Shown here: positions 63,375 through 64,000 of the stretch, piece after piece
How the letters are laid out: each line of letters begins with the position of its first letter
Position numbering within the stretch: position 1 is the first letter of the stretch
Assembly: GCA_900088475.1 (NCBI GenBank)
Contig: FLMG01002851.1
Coordinates: 1 to 64,000 of the forward strand
Reading direction: 5' to 3'
DNA from: Hyphochytrium catenoides
Lineage: Eukaryota > Protista > Hyphochytriomycota
Length of the DNA: 64,000 nt
Notes under the pieces: generated by a model
The model's database searches: none
What the model saw: the letters and a program-made list of their open reading frames with translations, nothing else
What the model was told of the DNA's origin: nothing
Position numbers and translations under genes: made by a program

Positions 63375-64000
63375 TCTGGTAGTAAGAGAGACAAGAGCTA
63401 AGACCGGGACGCCAAGGGAGGGGCTCGACGTGAGGAACAGAGAGCTGAACGTGCCAGCAGTGCTAAGCGTCCTACAAGCGTTAGCTCTTGCTAGTACGCT
63501 CCTGCAGCAGCGCAAAAGTGACCGACAAGCTTGTCGGTCACTTGTGAAGCAGGAATCATAGAAGAACACCGCTCTCTGCTGCTAGTGGACAAACGAGGAA
63601 GAAGATACTGACATGAGGTATCGTCTGCAATTTCAAGAGAGGAGAAAGCCTAAAGGGAAAGAAGGGAAAGAAGAGACCGCTCGTTGAGAATTAGAAAGCT
63701 CACGATAGGGAAGAGGAGCCGCAGGATGTCTATAAACGTTGCTCCTCGATACAGAGAGAGAGCAAGCCAAGAGAGAGAGAGAGAGGGAGTCCAGACAGAG
63801 GCGTGAGCTAGCAAGCTGGGAGACCGGGGAGACAGAGTGCTCGTTGGGCTGGAGAGCTTGGAAGCGCTGAGCATGCCGCCGCGGTCGAGCGAGGACAGGA
63901 AGGTTCAGGAAGCCAATCGCGAGTGCTCAAGAGCTGGCCAAGATGCTGATGGTCTGCTTGGGGGGAATACGTATGAGCCACGAACCTCAGCTCGAAAATT

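Noticed and set aside
1-64000. CRISPR arrays, prokaryotic defence operons, transposases/retroelements, tRNA/rRNA, alternative genetic code
   Set aside because: None seen. The DNA is spliced eukaryotic sequence, and conserved genes translate with the standard code once GT-AG introns are removed.

Overview
Intron-containing eukaryotic genomic DNA (standard code, GT-AG introns, draft assembly with six N-gaps) from a flagellated protist. The protein families look stramenopile/oomycete-like, which is my inference. I assembled spliced gene models by eye. About 15 protein-coding genes are recognisable: a RING-kinase fusion, a CIPK/Chk1-like kinase, IMP4, an intronless ZIP transporter, CFAP100 head-to-head with an 18 kb axonemal dynein heavy chain (DNAH2/I1-beta type), IPP isomerase, a basic Alb1-like protein, an IGHMBP2 helicase, RCC1, a SLOG/LSDAT protein, a C-terminal RING E3, an Apd1/Aim32-type ferredoxin, a tandem FAIM-like/WW protein and NELF-B. 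Two domain architectures stand out. NELF-B (COBRA1) has a complete bromodomain inserted between two of its conserved helices. The RCC1 orthologue carries the Nup50/Nup2 pore-targeting helical domain at its N-terminus, and the fusion junction lies inside one exon. The MIA-complex subunit CFAP100 is also transcribed divergently from a heavy chain of the I1 dynein it regulates. No tRNA, rRNA, CRISPR array or transposon was recognised. All homology calls come from remembered motifs, not database searches.
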